From NCBI GenBank assembly GCA_905178155.1, contig CAJINV010000006.1, forward strand, positions 3,968,130 through 4,032,129: a stretch of DNA of 64,000 nt, read 5' to 3'. Below are positions 37,057 through 50,217 of this stretch, in pieces; position 1 is the first letter of the stretch, and every line of letters starts with the position of its first letter. Both the position numbers and the translations under genes were made by a program. Source of the stretch: Amoebophrya sp. A120. Taxonomy: Eukaryota > Protista > Dinoflagellata. The notes under the pieces were generated by a model, which did no database searches, was not told the origin of the DNA, and saw nothing but the letters and a program-made list of their open reading frames with translations.

Positions 37057-38056
37057 GGTTTGTATCTGAAGTATTTGTAGTCGTACTCTGCTCGTATGGA
37101 AAATTCAAAACCGAAGAGAAGAAGATGACAGGGGGTCTCTTCATAGAGAGTGCGAAATTATAAAGATGGGGTTTCTTTTGCGCCTTCGTTGGATCCGCCT
37201 CGATAACAGCGCTGATGTTTGTTTTAGACAAGAATAAAATTTGCTTTGCAATCAAAAAGCGTGGCTCGTCGTGACTGTCTACTTTTACAACACAACTACT
37301 CTGACAAGACGGTTACATATTATGAGCGGCGTTGGCAGTACGACCTGCAACTCGCGACGAAAAGCACCGACATACTTTCATTGTCGTGAAAAACCGATTT
37401 ATAATATAGTACCTACTGCGGAGACGAGCAAACTACCGAGGATCATGGCAACTACATGAATAGAGGCAGACCAACGAACCTGCATTGGTCCAACTACGAG
37501 AGCAGGACAACACTGCAGAAGAACGTTGCAGCACTCCAAGAAACCGATGAATTTTGTTGAGAGAACCGGAAATCTTCTAAGTGCCGACACAAACTACCGA
37601 GAGCGTCAACGATAACGAGGTAGCACTCCTAAACCGAGCAGTTTATTCTCATGACTTCTTTGTAGCTGGTATAGAAGAAAAAGTGCTTCCAGTGGTATTG
37701 GGAAGGAGCTTCCCATGGGAAGGATTGTGGTCCTACTGGAAATAACCCGTGACACAGCTGTGGTTCGCAGTGCTGTGATTGACAAAGCCAAACTCACGAC
37801 AGGACTAGGGAGGTGGACACCGTTCCTCCTACCATCAACATGTTTGAAATGCTTCTGCGGATAGGAAGCAGCTACTAGGGCAGCTCATGGAGTCGTCATT
37901 CGCTGTAGTGATCATCGATTTTCATTTGCAGGAACGATATTAGTACAAGAAGTCTTCATCGCTTGTAGTTGCGGTCGTGTAGAACTGCAATTCACAGCTT
38001 GTTCACAATCCTGGTCGATTTCCACTTTCCGACTTTTTCAACCATATCGATCAGTA

Positions 38057-39611
38057 TCATCGAAAGTACTCCAAAAACTCCAATTCGCACTCGTGCAACT
38101 CGTACGCAGGAATGACCAGAGCGTGCAGTGGCGGTCCGAAGTCAAAATCCATCAACTTGGCCGCATCACCGACCTTAATCACCTGATCCACTGCGCCAAT
38201 CCTTGCCACCCCGATCAGATTCTTCTCCGATTCCAGGTCAAATTCTTGCTCACTGTCGAACAATTCGTGCTCCTCTCGTGCAGCTCTTTGTTCGCTTATT
38301 TCTCCTGACGACGACGGTGTTGTGTCTACTGACTTGGCCTCCAGTCCTGCTGGCGATGATTTCGACTTGTCGTCTTTTTCACAAGTCTTCCTGTTCCTTG
38401 CGATTTCCACCAATTGCTCCATATGCATTGCAAAAGCATCGCACTGGCACTACTAGTAGAAGTCGCATTACAAATTCGGCCAGCATGACAAATGGAATTT
38501 GTCATGCTGCTTCACCTTGGGATGGAAATTGGTAATGCATGAGTGCGATTACTGTACGAGTACGATACTTTTGCACAGGATACTCCAACGCCTGTCCCAC
38601 AGTCATGTACCGTGGTGGCTCGAACACGTTGAAAATGCCCCGTTTCATGTTCAACATCGACCGTTCCTTCACTTGAATGTCCAGCAGACACAGCGTGTGC
38701 AAATTCATGCGGCGATTCGCGATAATTTTATCATAAAAGCTCTCCGGCCGCCAGCTGTTTTGCCAGAAGGGGAGGGAAACTGTTTCTCCGAACCGGTAGA
38801 GCTGGAGTCCACAGGAGGAGATCGCGTTCATAATGCTGGCGTTGTGTACCACCTCGTAGCGCAATTTCTTCTTATCGAATGCAAACATGTCTGGGTCTGG
38901 AACCATGCAAGGTTTGCCATGCACATTTTGCATGACTCCTGATGTCTGTGATGCATGCCCTAGCATCACAGATTTTGTGAGGGCTTCTTGATGCCTACAC
39001 CGCATGAGAAATGCTCCTTCGCCTTGGCAAAAACTGGAGCTCTTTTGCTGTTCATGCAATACAGATTTTTGTGGAATCGAGACGCAGCATGACAAGTTGC
39101 ATCCTTCCACACACACACATATTTGCAATGCGTACTTCTCCTTGCACCGAAGAATTAAATCCGTGTGCGTCGTCGCACACAGGGCGTCGCCGACCACGAG
39201 AAAAGCGACTTTTTTCCCCTGTTCGACCTTGTCCAGAATCTCCTTTCCCGATTCCACCAGTTCCCGGTCGGCTAAGAGGATTTGCTTCTCGGGGTACAAG
39301 TGGAAAAGTTGCTGCGCGGATGTTTCGCCGTTTTGCAGCTCCAGGATATCATCAAGAACGTGCTCCTGCTCTGGTGTTGTTTCCGTAGCTTGTTGATGTT
39401 GTTCCGTTTCTAGTGCATGTTCTTGACCACCGACGTCTTCGTTCACTTTCCTCCTCGTCGCTTCGTCGCGTGAAGAGGTGTTGGACGCAGCTGCGGGCAA
39501 GATCGCCGTGTAAGCGTCTAGATAGACGAAGTCCGCTTGCTCAATCACCTTTTTTCCCCGGAGGGTGACGTCCTCGGCAGAACCGAGGCCCAGGCCGACG
39601 AGGGACAACAT
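38057..39611 (-). CDS. DPH5: Diphthine methyl ester synthase
   Basis: MLSLVGLGLGSAEDVTLRG, VYLDAYT, VAFLVVGDALCATTHTDL, VVHNASIMNAISSCGLQLYRFGETVSLPF, HTLCLLDIQVKE, DFGPPLHALVIP; two introners. Confidence 0.95.
38422..38582. mobile_element. Introner family B
   Basis: Family TIR; TSD CTCCA. Confidence 0.94.
38873..39134. mobile_element. Introner family D
   Basis: Family TIR, right arm mutated to a CA run; TSD CTTCT. Confidence 0.92.
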
Positions 39612-40553
39612 TTTGATTTTATTTCTGTAGCGTCGTGTCGGATAAAAGCCTTGATACTGCAAAAAGAAGAACTGCAGGGGAAGTAAATGCAGAAGTTGCA
39701 GCGAACAAGACTTTGACGATAGTACAATAGACGGTCGCGCGATAATCGAAGATGAAACTCTTCTCAAATGACTCAGCACATCTGCCCGAGTGCTTTAAGA
39801 ATTTCTCGCCTGTTCGAGGATGTTCAAAATTCAGGATTTTTGACTGCAGGAGAGTAAAGCGCTGTGTAGTTCCGGATCATTGACGTTGTTCGATCTCCTA
39901 TTTCCAGTAGATCCTGCTTTGTACAAACAGAAAGCGAGCGCGAGTTGTGCAGCTCTGCCAACATGCGTGGTGATCTCTAGTTCTAGCAGTCGACGGGGCC
40001 CGACATCAGGGACAAGTTAACTCAGAGCCGCCGTTTTGTGTTGATCGTGATCTCGCCCTCCTGCTGATCAAGCGCCATTGAAGATGTTGTGGCAAATCAT
40101 TTTTTGTGGTGCTGGGTGGATCATTTTGGCTCTATTTCTAAAAAGACCTCGTCACGTAAGTAAGTACGTAGTTTGTTCGCTTCACCTTCAAGGCGCTGCT
40201 GCTTGTACGCTGCCTTCTATCGATAGTGCAGCTGTAGTCGACAGCATGCGCACAGATTTGATGAACATCACTTTAGAATTTCCAGAGGAGTAGCGGTGCA
40301 GTAGAGCAGAGTTGCTTCAATCTACGATCTCTTTTGGTCCCTCGAACCGTTCACCATTTGTACTTTCTTTTGTTCCAGTCTGCTACTGCAGGAGAGGGAC
40401 TATAGCGGGGATCTGCTGGCGTTAAAGTTCATCCTTTCCAAGAGTAGTAGTTGTACCGCTCTTGATTCATGTAGTTGCGTAGTAGAATTCCACTTACAAC
40501 CCCGTTGTAAGGTGGCAAGTGCTAGTCTCCTAACAGCAACTACTTACCGTCAC

Positions 40554-40921
40554 CTATCCTGTCCATTCCCACTTCTGCCCATCCGGTCTGCAATATACTG
40601 CCGAGCGGAGTGCAATTATCCAGCAGAAAAAAAGCACAACCATACCAAAAGAATTTATGTATGAACTTGTACTTGCGTTTCTGATAGCGCTATGGCCAAT
40701 ACAGCTACAGGCAATTGATTCTCTGTCATGCGGAAAGTAGCAGCACTTCTGCTAGGTGTTGACTAGAAGAACCGGAGACAGACCAAAGAAATGTGTCATG
40801 CTGATAATTTTCTGTGACACTACTACAACCTGCAACACAAATTTCTTTTTTTTCCTGCTATGGGTGTTGTGCTTTCTTGTTGGATAGCAGAACCGAGGCC
40901 CAGGCCGACGAGGGACAACAT
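40554..40921 (-). pseudogene. Chimeric relic: DPH5 first 12 codons + decayed introner + diverged copy of the neighbouring gene's last exon
   Basis: MLSLVGLGLGSA copy at 40887-40921; AVYCRPDGQKWEWTG* copy ending at 40554. Confidence 0.65.
40691..40886. mobile_element. Decayed introner (duplicated copy)
   Basis: TAT...TTGTTGGATA with internal TGTCATGC motifs; paralogous to 42108-42331. Confidence 0.65.
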
Positions 40922-41953
40922 TTTGATTTTTTTATTTCTGTGTCGTCGTCGCGTATTGGATAAAAACTTTGATACTGCAAGAACTTCTACAGCAGGGGAA
41001 ATGAACGCAGAAGTAAGTTGCAGTAAACAACACAAACACTTTGACGATGATACAACAGGCGGTCGCACGATAATCGAAGATAAAATCTTCTCAGATGACT
41101 CAGCACTTTGGTTCGATGAAACAAGAGTTTTTTACTTCAAACAGCATAAATATAGCACTTCAAGAATTTCTCGCCTGGTGATAGGATGTTCAAAATTCAG
41201 GATTTTTGACTGGAGGAAAGTAAAGCGATGTGTAGTTCCGGATCATGGACGGTGTCGTTCTTCGAATTCGATCTTCTCCTATGCATATTTCTTAGCAATG
41301 TAGATCCTGCTTTGTACAAACAGAAAGCGAGCGCGAGTTGTAGTGCAACTCTGCCATGCGTGTGTTGTCATTCTAGGCGGGTGGTGAGCTCTACTTCTAG
41401 CAGTCGACGGAGCAAGAGATCATGGACGGACAAGTTAACTCAGAACCGCCGTTTTGTGCTGATCGTGATCTCGCCCTCCTGCTGATCATCAAGCGCCATT
41501 AAAGATGTGGCAGATCATTTTTTTGTGGTGCTGGATCGTTTTTTTGGCTTTATTTGTAGAAGATCTCGGGACGTAGGTAGTTTGTTCGCTTCACCTTCAA
41601 CCCGCTACCGCTTGTACGCTGCTTTCTATCAATAGTGCGGCTTTAGTCGGCAGCATGAACATAGATTTGATGATAAACATCACGCTACAATTTCTAGAGG
41701 AGTACGTAGCGCTGCAGTAGAGAGTTGCTTCAGTCTACTTTCTATGATCTCTTTTGCTTCCTCGACCTATTCACGATTTTCTTTTCCGAACTGTTACTGC
41801 AGGAGAAGGACTTCTATAGCAGGGATCTGCTGGTGTCAAAGTTCATCCTTTCCAAGAGTTGTAGCACCACTCTTGATTCATGCTGCGGTCTAGTTACAGT
41901 TCGGTTGTTAGATTAAGAAGCACTAATCTGCTAACAGCAACTACTAGTGTCAC

Positions 41954-43805
41954 CTATCCTGTCCATTCCCACTCCTCCCCATCCGGTCTGCAATATACTG
42001 CCGGGCAGAGTGCAATTATGCAGCAGATGAAAAGTCCACCCATTCCCAGCATACCATAACAAATATAAACTTCCGTTTCCGAATGTCTTTCAGTTGTGAA
42101 AAAGCTCTATCATCTAATGCAGAGACCAAAGGAAGGGAAGTCTCGGTCATGCGGTAAGTAGCAGCAGTACTAGGCAGCGACTAGAAAAAGCTCTTCACCA
42201 TGACAGCACATCTTTTTAAAAGATGTGCTGTCATGGTGAAGAGCCACTGAGAGATGATATTCATATTCTGCAACACAAATTTCAATTTGATAAACTTTTT
42301 CCCTGTATATGAGTGCACTTTTTGTTGGATAGCAGTACCTCCTCGAAAATCGGACTTGTTCCCCGGGCGCTCGTATCCTGTGCAAAAGTATCGCACTCGT
42401 ATTGCAATCATGTATGACAAATCGAAATCTTGTTCCTAAGGTAAATCCGCATTGCAAATTTTGTTTCTCATGCTAAGTAAATTTGTCATGCATTTATACG
42501 AGTACGATACTTTTGCATGTCATAGCTCGGAATGTGCTCGCCGGCGGGACCGGCCCGCCGCCCGGGGTCCGAGTGGTACACTGTTGTTTCATTTGTCCGA
42601 TAATTTCTTTAGTAGTGTGGTTCATGGTTATGCATGCATGCATGAGTGACAGTTTCTACACGACCCAGCCAAATGCAAGAAAGTTTTGCCATCCAGGCTA
42701 AACACGATGAACACCAAGGATAACGAATGATATCGACATCTACTTCTACCTCTACGAGCATACGAAGGGGCCCTTGTGCAACAACAAGCGCAGCTAATAT
42801 AGAAAAAACCATACTGTTCCCCCCGACAACGCCCCACGCGTTCCAGCCTCGTCCACTGGCGATCGCCGGCGCCTTATCCAATGACAAAAGTGTTACGAAT
42901 TTAACATTTGTACTTGTAGTTAATTCAGCATCACAAATTTGCCTCGCATGATGGAGAAAACTTGTAATGCAGAGATCATAAGGCAAAACACACACGCAAC
43001 GAGACTCGCAAGCATTTTGCGCATTGCAGAGGTCGTCTGTCTTGCATGTCTTGCAACACACGGTGTAACTGTAACACTTTTTTCTTTGCATATGCCTCTA
43101 TCCCCAACCTTCTCTGCATTTCCGCACTGCTCAAGTTACTTCCGCGTGCCCCGCCCCCGGAATGCTGCCCAAGAACGCCACCAGGGCCGGTTCCCGTGTC
43201 GTCGTTATTTACTGCGCGCGGGCCGAAGGCCCCGGAGGACTATCCTGAGTAAAAACGTACCCACACCAGAGTCAGAATGGGGATTTTGCAACACAAACCT
43301 AGGAGTTTTGTGAGTCACGCATGACAAGTCGCGCTATGCAGTGTAGTGGAGGTTAGCAAGTGCAGCCGCGTCACAGATTCATCTGCTCATCCTGTTCACA
43401 GCATCACAAATGCCAAAACACGATTGGAAATGCCTCCCTTGGGGATGCGCATTACAAGTCTTCCTGTCTTCGCAAATCTGCATTACAACTCTGGAGTGGG
43501 GACGTTTTTACTCAGGATAAGGACGAAGACGCAGCTACTCCAGCAGAACCGTTGCCACCTCCATTCATGCTAGGACCTGCTCCCATCATCCCTGGGCGTG
43601 CGCCGTTGATGCTGGAACTACCGCCACGACTTCCGAACATTCCGCCACTGACTCCGCGATTGTTCCGGTTGCCGCCAAACATGGGGCCTGGTTGGTGGAA
43701 AATTTCGATTTCGTGATCGTCGATTAGACAGCGCTCCGCGCAACATTTGTGTTGGCACTGGGCAACACATTCGGAGAAAGAGGAGGGGAAACAGGAGGAA
43801 AACAT
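41954..43805 (-). CDS. Hypothetical Gly-rich protein with C-terminal TM segment
   Basis: Gly-rich exons; last exon FIFCYGMLGMGGLFICCIIALCPAVYCRPDGEEWEWTG*; four introners. Start codon uncertain. Confidence 0.6.
42108..42331. mobile_element. Decayed introner
   Basis: TATCATCTAATGCA...TGCACTTTTTGTTGGATA, located between two exons. Confidence 0.7.
42374..42524. mobile_element. Introner family B
   Basis: Family TIR; TSD GCTCG. Confidence 0.94.
42875..43092. mobile_element. Introner family H
   Basis: Family TIR; TSD CGCCT/TGCCT. Confidence 0.88.
43241..43519. mobile_element. Introner family A
   Basis: Family TIR; TSD AGGAC. Confidence 0.95.
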
Positions 43806-44489
43806 CTTTTGGGTTAGATGTCGTAGTGGTAATGTCTAATGCTGATGCTTTATTTGTTCCATTTGAGTTTTAATATGATTGCAAGCGATACAGCGTTGTT
43901 GTAAAAAAACCGAAGCTGCGGTTGCGAAATAGAGAGGCCTTTTCGTGATTGAAGGCCGTTTTTACAGTGGTCACTACACCTTGCGTCTGCGCACCAGTTG
44001 TTGTTCTATCACGCCCCTCGATGTGAAAGCAACGAGAAAAAAAAACCGTTATTTCCGCAAGCTAAGTACGCGGCCATTCTACTAGAGAAGACTTCAGAGC
44101 TTTTAGTGTTGATATCCAAGCAAAAACGACTTTGACAAGTGTAGAGTGTACAGTGAGGTTCTATATGTGAAGATGACGATTGACGAAGCCCGACGATATA
44201 ATTCCGACACACGACTAAACGACTTCCTTGAAGGAAAAGAACCCCCGAAGTTTCACACGCAGCGACGAATGCGATATCTAGCGATGTTGCGGTTGCCTGA
44301 CAAGTGAAGCGCGAAAATACTTGGGAGTGGCCGTTTTTGTGCTCTCAGCCAGACTTTTGGATCGGACTTTTGGATTGCTAGTGTGCCACCGCCAACTAGT
44401 CAAGCCCATTGAAGCGTCTACATGACCCACGGAGAAAAAGGTAGCGAGCCCTCCTGTAAAAAAACACACACATGCTGCAGAGGTTGCCA

Positions 44490-46160
44490 CAATGCTGGAT
44501 GCTGAGCTCGAGCCCATTACGAGACTGACGGCCCACCGAGGAAGGCTGCACCGATCCGAGCGGGAAGCGCAGGCGGAGGCTGTTGCCGCGCGCGCGAGTC
44601 GCCTGCGCCCGCGCTTTTGCGGGGCACACCGCAGAAGCGCGCGCGCCGCGCGGGCACACGGCGGCACAACATACGGAGCGCGCGCGCCACGTCGCGAGCC
44701 CCCTCCGTCCCCTTGCTGGATCTGGCGCCCACCTTTGCCCTGTCCCACTTTTCCTTTTCCCGAACCGCGAGGCGATAATAAAACCGGGCGCCGCGGCTGC
44801 GCTACCTACCGGGTCCGCGCGCCCCGAAGCGGAGGACGCCGGCGCGTACCCACGCCGCAGGCTTTCGCCGTACCCCCCGGCGCCCCGGCGGCCGCCACAC
44901 GAGGCGCGGGCGCCCCCCCTTCGCCAAGATAATCAAACAAGAAAACCCGCCGCGGCTTGGGCGCAGGCTGTTCCTGGCAATGTGTGCGCCTTCTTCCATC
45001 TGCGAGTACGAGCGCAGGCCGCCGGCGCGGGGCGCTTGTCGCCCGCCGTGCCGCGCCCGGTTCTTCGGCCCCACCTGCCTGCCAGCCTCGTAGGATGTCG
45101 CACATGTTTCGGCTATTGGCCTGGCCAAATTCCCTAAAATGGCGCGTCCATTCGCCATGCTTGTACGGCTTGAAGCCGATGCGTGGCACCACGTGCCGCG
45201 CCAGCCGGCGCCTTCGGCAAGCCCATGCGCGATCCGGCCGCGGCGCGGGCGCCGGCCCTCCTCGCGGCCGGCGCTCGCGCTTTGGGCCCGGTATCGCTTG
45301 GGCGAGCTCCCAGGGTCATACCCTCGCGCCAACCTACGTCGTACCTGGTGAAGGATCGCCTGGCGCCCACGACGCGCCCCCTTCTTGTTCGGCTTAGCTG
45401 CCGCCTGGGAGGGCCTGGAACTGCGTGGCGCCCGACTGCTGTGCTTCGGCTTCGGTTTTTCTTTGGGCGATCGGTGGGTGGCGAAACCCGCGGACGGCGC
45501 CGGCACCGCCGCACCATTCGCCAAGCTCAGGCGGGCAACAGAACTGGAATTGGTGCGGCGCTCATGTAAAAAAACGCGCGCGCCGATGATTAGGCCGCGC
45601 GCCTTGTGAAATCGGCGCAGCACTGTCGCGCAACGTACGCGAAGCCAATCCACTGGAGAAGCCCGCGACACACATTTGGCCCATAGCAGCGCGCCGCCCC
45701 CGCCTCTCCTTGGTCCCCGTCTGGGGTCCACGGGCCGCGACCTTCTGGGGCGCTGCCTGCAGCCGGGAGCGCAGCAAACACGCCGGGCGCACGCCACGAG
45801 CCGCAACAGCTCCCCCCCCGGGCGCGGGATGCGGCAAAGCCAGCCAAAGTCGGCGAACTGGCCCCGGGGGACCACGTGGGGCCTCGCAAACTCCGCGAAG
45901 CTCTGGATTGCCCGAAGGTGCTGGTCTGCCCTCCACGTCCCTCCCCTCGATCTGGATGGCCCCGCAAAACCGCGACGCCTTGGTCTGCCCTGTTTCGCTG
46001 GTAGCAGTGCGCAAAGATGTACCACAGGGGCGCAGGCTTCAGCGCTGCCGCCGCCCCCAGCGTGTGGCGCATGTGCGCAATGTCTACCCGAAAGCCCGGC
46101 CGCGCGGCCGCGCGCACGGCCTGCGCAAGGCTCGCCCGCGATTCCCTCCAGCTTTCGCCT
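44490..46160. other. GC/CpG-rich island of unknown nature (possible decayed mobile element)
   Basis: Abrupt compositional shift, only overlapping Arg/Ala/Pro-rich ORFs, no introners. Confidence 0.5.
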
Positions 46161-46365
46161 AGTCAGTTTTGAGTCTGAGCAGATTCATATATGCAGGCTG
46201 CAGGAGTCATCTCAAGTCGGAACATACTTATCGTGAGTGTGGAACTTGACCGGGTTCTTGCTGTACTTATGCTGTTGCTGCCGCTTCAAATTCTTCTTCT
46301 TTTCATTATGTCTGTTTCTGTACGTCTTCTCCTGAACATGATTGAACGTGCTTTGTGAACGATGG

Positions 46366-49330
46366 CTAAAAGCAGCAGCTCCTGGCACCAGTCCCCGGCT
46401 GCACGGCTTGAACAACCTGTGAAGAACGGACAGACCTCTCCTGTCCTACACCTACTTCCTCACACACATACAGCTCCCGCCACTTTGTCGTGAAAAACTC
46501 CAACACCGGGGTCCTCGTCGTGCACGATCTGACGGCGTCAGCACCAGCAATACCATCTGCTGCTCCTTGTGCCGCAGCCGCCCCCTGCTCAACACAAATA
46601 AGCCACTCGTCCTGTTTCAACAACCGCATCAAATCCACACCCCGCCGCCCGTTCTGCTCCGTCACGAGCAGCGTTCGCAAGAACCGCTTGGCTTGCTCAC
46701 TCACTTCCGGATACACCCTAACTGGGTCCACGATCGGTCTCACCAAGTCCCCGTCTTCGTCGTACACCATAAAGTCCTTGTCCGTCAGCCTTCTCTCTTG
46801 CATCCTCAACCGCTCTTTTCGCCCCCTGTACCCGGGTGCCGGTATTTCCCAGTTTTGTGACTTGATCTGGTCGAACAGCGGGACCGGGGCGAAGTGGAAA
46901 AACGGCAGCTTTCCGAACAGAAAACAGTATATCAAATGCAAAAGTGTCTGGGTCTGGAAGAATGCGCGACTTGTCATGCAGATTTTCCATGACTTGTGAG
47001 GTCTGGAATGCAGGAACTAGCATGACAGATTCTGCGAGATCTCTGTCATGCCTGTCCCGCATGAGAAACTCCTTCTCAACCAGGTCAAAAGTGGACAGCT
47101 TTTGGTAAGCATGCAACACAGACTTTTACAGGAAGCAGACTTAGCATGACAAGTTGCAACCTTCCAGACCCAGACATATTTGCAATGCATACAGTACGCG
47201 GTGACGCCAATGGCCCAGACGTCCTGGGACTTCATGGACCATTTCTGTTTGTACTCGTAGTCCACGGCCTCCTATGAAATGCAAAAGCAGCGTACTAGTC
47301 TAAATCGCATGACAAATTTCCTCAGCATGAGAAATGAAATTTGCAATGCGGATTTAACTTGAGAAGGAAATTTGTAACGCATGGCTGCGATTACTACGAG
47401 TATGATACTTTTGCACAGGATACCTCCGGGGGGAAAAATTCGTAGGTACCCTGGTCGTCCCGCGTGAAAACAGAAAATTTGTCATCTTGTTCCTGTTGTG
47501 CTGTGCTGTCGACGTCATCAACGGGATGAATTATGGCCGCACTGTTAGAGTCGCCCGGTTGAAGCAGATGTGTCGTGCTGTCAGAAAAAGTTGTGCTTTT
47601 CGGAGCTGTTGTTGTAGTTCCCCCATTTCTATGCAGCTCCGGCTCCGTGAATTCAAAGGCCCGGCCGAAATCGCAGAGCTTCCCGACCCCGAGGTTGTCA
47701 ATCAGAAAATTTTGCGGCTTGACGTCTCTATGGGCGATTTTCAAGTTGTGAAGGTACGCCACCGCGGAAACCAGATCGAAAACCAACATCAAGTGCAAAA
47801 GTGTCTGGGTCTGGAAGGTTGGAACTTGTCATGCTGACTCTGGATCATGCAAAAATTTGTGCTGCATGATTACCAAAAGCTGTCCACTGTCAACCAAGTT
47901 GGGAGGCAGTTTCTCATGCAGCATAGACATGACAAAGACCTCTCAGAGTCTGTCATGCTAGGTCCCGCATTCCAGACATCATGGATCATGGAAAACCTGC
48001 ATGACAAGTGTACACTCTTCCAGACCCAGACATTTTTGCATTTGTTAACCAACTGCCGGGCACACGTTTCCGGGTAGTAGTGGTGGGTTGCTGGGGGCGG
48101 AGGTTTTGTGGTTGATGTCACTTGTTCAACACCGGGTTCTTGTGAAGAAGATGTAGTAGTTGTCCTTGTCCTTCCATGAGAGGTTGTTACGTCATTTTGA
48201 AGAAGCGCTTCTGTCTCGCTCACGATTCGTCTCCTTTGTATCTTTCCAACATAATGTTGTCCTCCAGCCTGCTCTCGTCCAGTAGTTGCAGTAGCAGAAT
48301 TTCCCCCGGTTTTAAAATTTTTACTCTTTTGATGCTTTTTTTCTTCTTCCACTTCTATCAGCCTCTGCAGCCCGGGGATCACAAAGGAGTTTAAATACCT
48401 GTTCTGCGCCCAATCGTTTTCAAAAGCGATTTTCCTCACCTCGTCCTCATCCAACTCCTCTTCCCATTTATTTTCCTCCAAACTCGCACCGAATTTGTCG
48501 CATGACAGTGCACAACTCCCCCTACCCCTCATTTCTCATGCAAAATACCGAATGCACATCCTGCCTTTAATCACTCTGCACATGACAAGTTTTGGACACC
48601 CAAACAGGACTACATTCCATGTACGGATTTGTTATGCAAAAGCTACATTTGTGGCATTGCTTCTGTTGCTGTTCGTGCAATACAAATGTGGGAGGGGAGT
48701 TGTCGTGCACTCTCATATGTCGCAACACGGCTCGAGAAACATGTAGAGGTATTTCTCCTTGACCAAAAGAATCGGTTCGTGCAGCCGAATGAAATAATTA
48801 TAATTTTCGCAATTTTTATTTGTCATGCTGTTTTTACTACAATGTAAATGAAGCTTCTCCATGATGGCGATCTCCTCGTAAACCAAATCGAGTTTCGTCC
48901 TGGGCTTTTTACTTTTCCGTGCCTGCAAGAGCCCACCACTCCCTCCTGGGGCGTCGATTTTCTGCTTTCTCAGTTGCGGTTCGAAGAAACATTTTACGGC
49001 GCAGTTTTTTAATGTGCTGTTCGGGGACGTTGGCGTGGCGACAGTTGCGCTCTCTCCTGCTGTTCTGGTCGTTGTACTCCTGCTGCTGCTGCTACTACTG
49101 CCTTTCTTGATCACGCCGAAAGTGCCTTCACCTAGGAGAGTGTCGTGGTAGATGAGACGATACTCCTCGTTTGTGCCGGTGGTCTCCGTAGCGGAAAGCC
49201 GAAAGATCTCAATATCCTGATCCGTAGTATGCCCATTCTTTCCTCTCTGCCCTTGTTTCGGCGCATCTGGTTTGATATCTGGCGTCACGTGTACGAACGA
49301 AAACGGCCGGGAGCTGCTGCTGCTGGACAT
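46366..49330 (-). CDS. Ser/Thr protein kinase, CaMKK-like
   Basis: [65 protein letters not shown]; four introners. Confidence 0.92.
46930..47191. mobile_element. Introner family D
   Basis: Family TIR; TSD CAGTA. Confidence 0.95.
47273..47422. mobile_element. Introner family B
   Basis: Family TIR; TSD CCTCC. Confidence 0.95.
47787..48047. mobile_element. Introner family D (inverted relative to 46930-47191)
   Basis: Family TIR; TSD ACCAA. Confidence 0.93.
48501..48717. mobile_element. Introner family I
   Basis: Family TIR; TSD TGTCG. Confidence 0.93.
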
Positions 49331-50217
49331 GGTCTGATGGTCTTATTTCAGCCCCCGAGGACCGCTTTTTTCCTTTTATCGATCGTTTACAACGTTTACG
49401 TTTCCTCCATTTGTGCTTTTCATTTACAAAACAAGAGGAACCTCGTGAAGGAAAACAACTACGCGAGAAAGTTAATCTCCAGTTTCGTTCGAGGCGCTGA
49501 ACGCAGTAGCACATAGAAATTCCAAAAATTAAAACACGTTCACGTCGTGCAGCTGCGCCCTCGTATTAAAAAGTCAGACACATGATCGGACATGCTGTTG
49601 AGGGAGCGACCGAAACTCGGGCAGCGTTGCTGACAGAATGGTTGGTCCTACAGAGGATCTGTGTCTGGATCATCCAGCTGCACTGGATAAGGATATCGAT
49701 ATGGATACCCTGGTCTGATCCTAAAAATAAACCATGTAAGCAGGCACTTGACCGGAGTCACGGACTGATCCTAACAAGAAACCTCCAGGTGAGTATAAGC
49801 TTGGCCCGTATGATCCTCGGAGGAATTAGAACAAGCGGGCTGCCCCTGTTTCCGAACAACAAGTATCAAGGTCAAGATCGCCGTGCGTTCGTACTAGGGA
49901 GGCCAAAAAAATCATGCAGAATCATAGCTGCAACCGTATCAAAGTAGAGCGACAAGGAACTTTGTCCGAACGCTTGCATTGTTGCACTAAAGGAAACCTT
50001 TGCAGAATTTTCATTTTGTCATTATTAACATGATATGAGCGTCTTGTACAACATCTAACTATAGTGGACTTGCATGCTATTTGTTAACGCTGTGCAGCGA
50101 GCACTGATTTCTACATAGTACTCCTGAGAAGTGCATCCTCAACCACGAACTGTTTTTCCTGTAACATCATCAACCAGGTTGTTGTACTTAGTACCACAGT
50201 TCCGCTTAAATCTTCCC

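Larger units (their letters stand above)
39577..42331. repeat. Diverged tandem segmental duplication (units 39577-40886 and 40887-42331)
   Basis: Shared blocks such as GCAGAACCGAGGCCCAGGCCGACGAGGGACAACATTTTGATTTT, GTAGATCCTGCTTTGTACAAACAGAAAGCGAGCGCGAGTTGT and TCACCTATCCTGTCCATTCCCACT. Confidence 0.92.

Noticed and set aside
39612-39779. N-terminal extension of DPH5 in the ORF track
   Set aside because: DPH5 homologues start at ML.L(V/I)GLGL, and the duplicate copy has indels in this stretch.
40121-40135. CATTTTGGCTC resembling the dinoflagellate spliced leader
   Set aside because: Only an 11-nt match, on the strand opposite the genes, and not kept in the duplicate copy.
44278-46236. Long overlapping ORFs (up to 407 aa) and a faint RT-like AFFHLRV string
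   Set aside because: Stop-codon scarcity from high GC; Arg/Ala/Pro-biased on all frames; catalytic motifs not identifiable.
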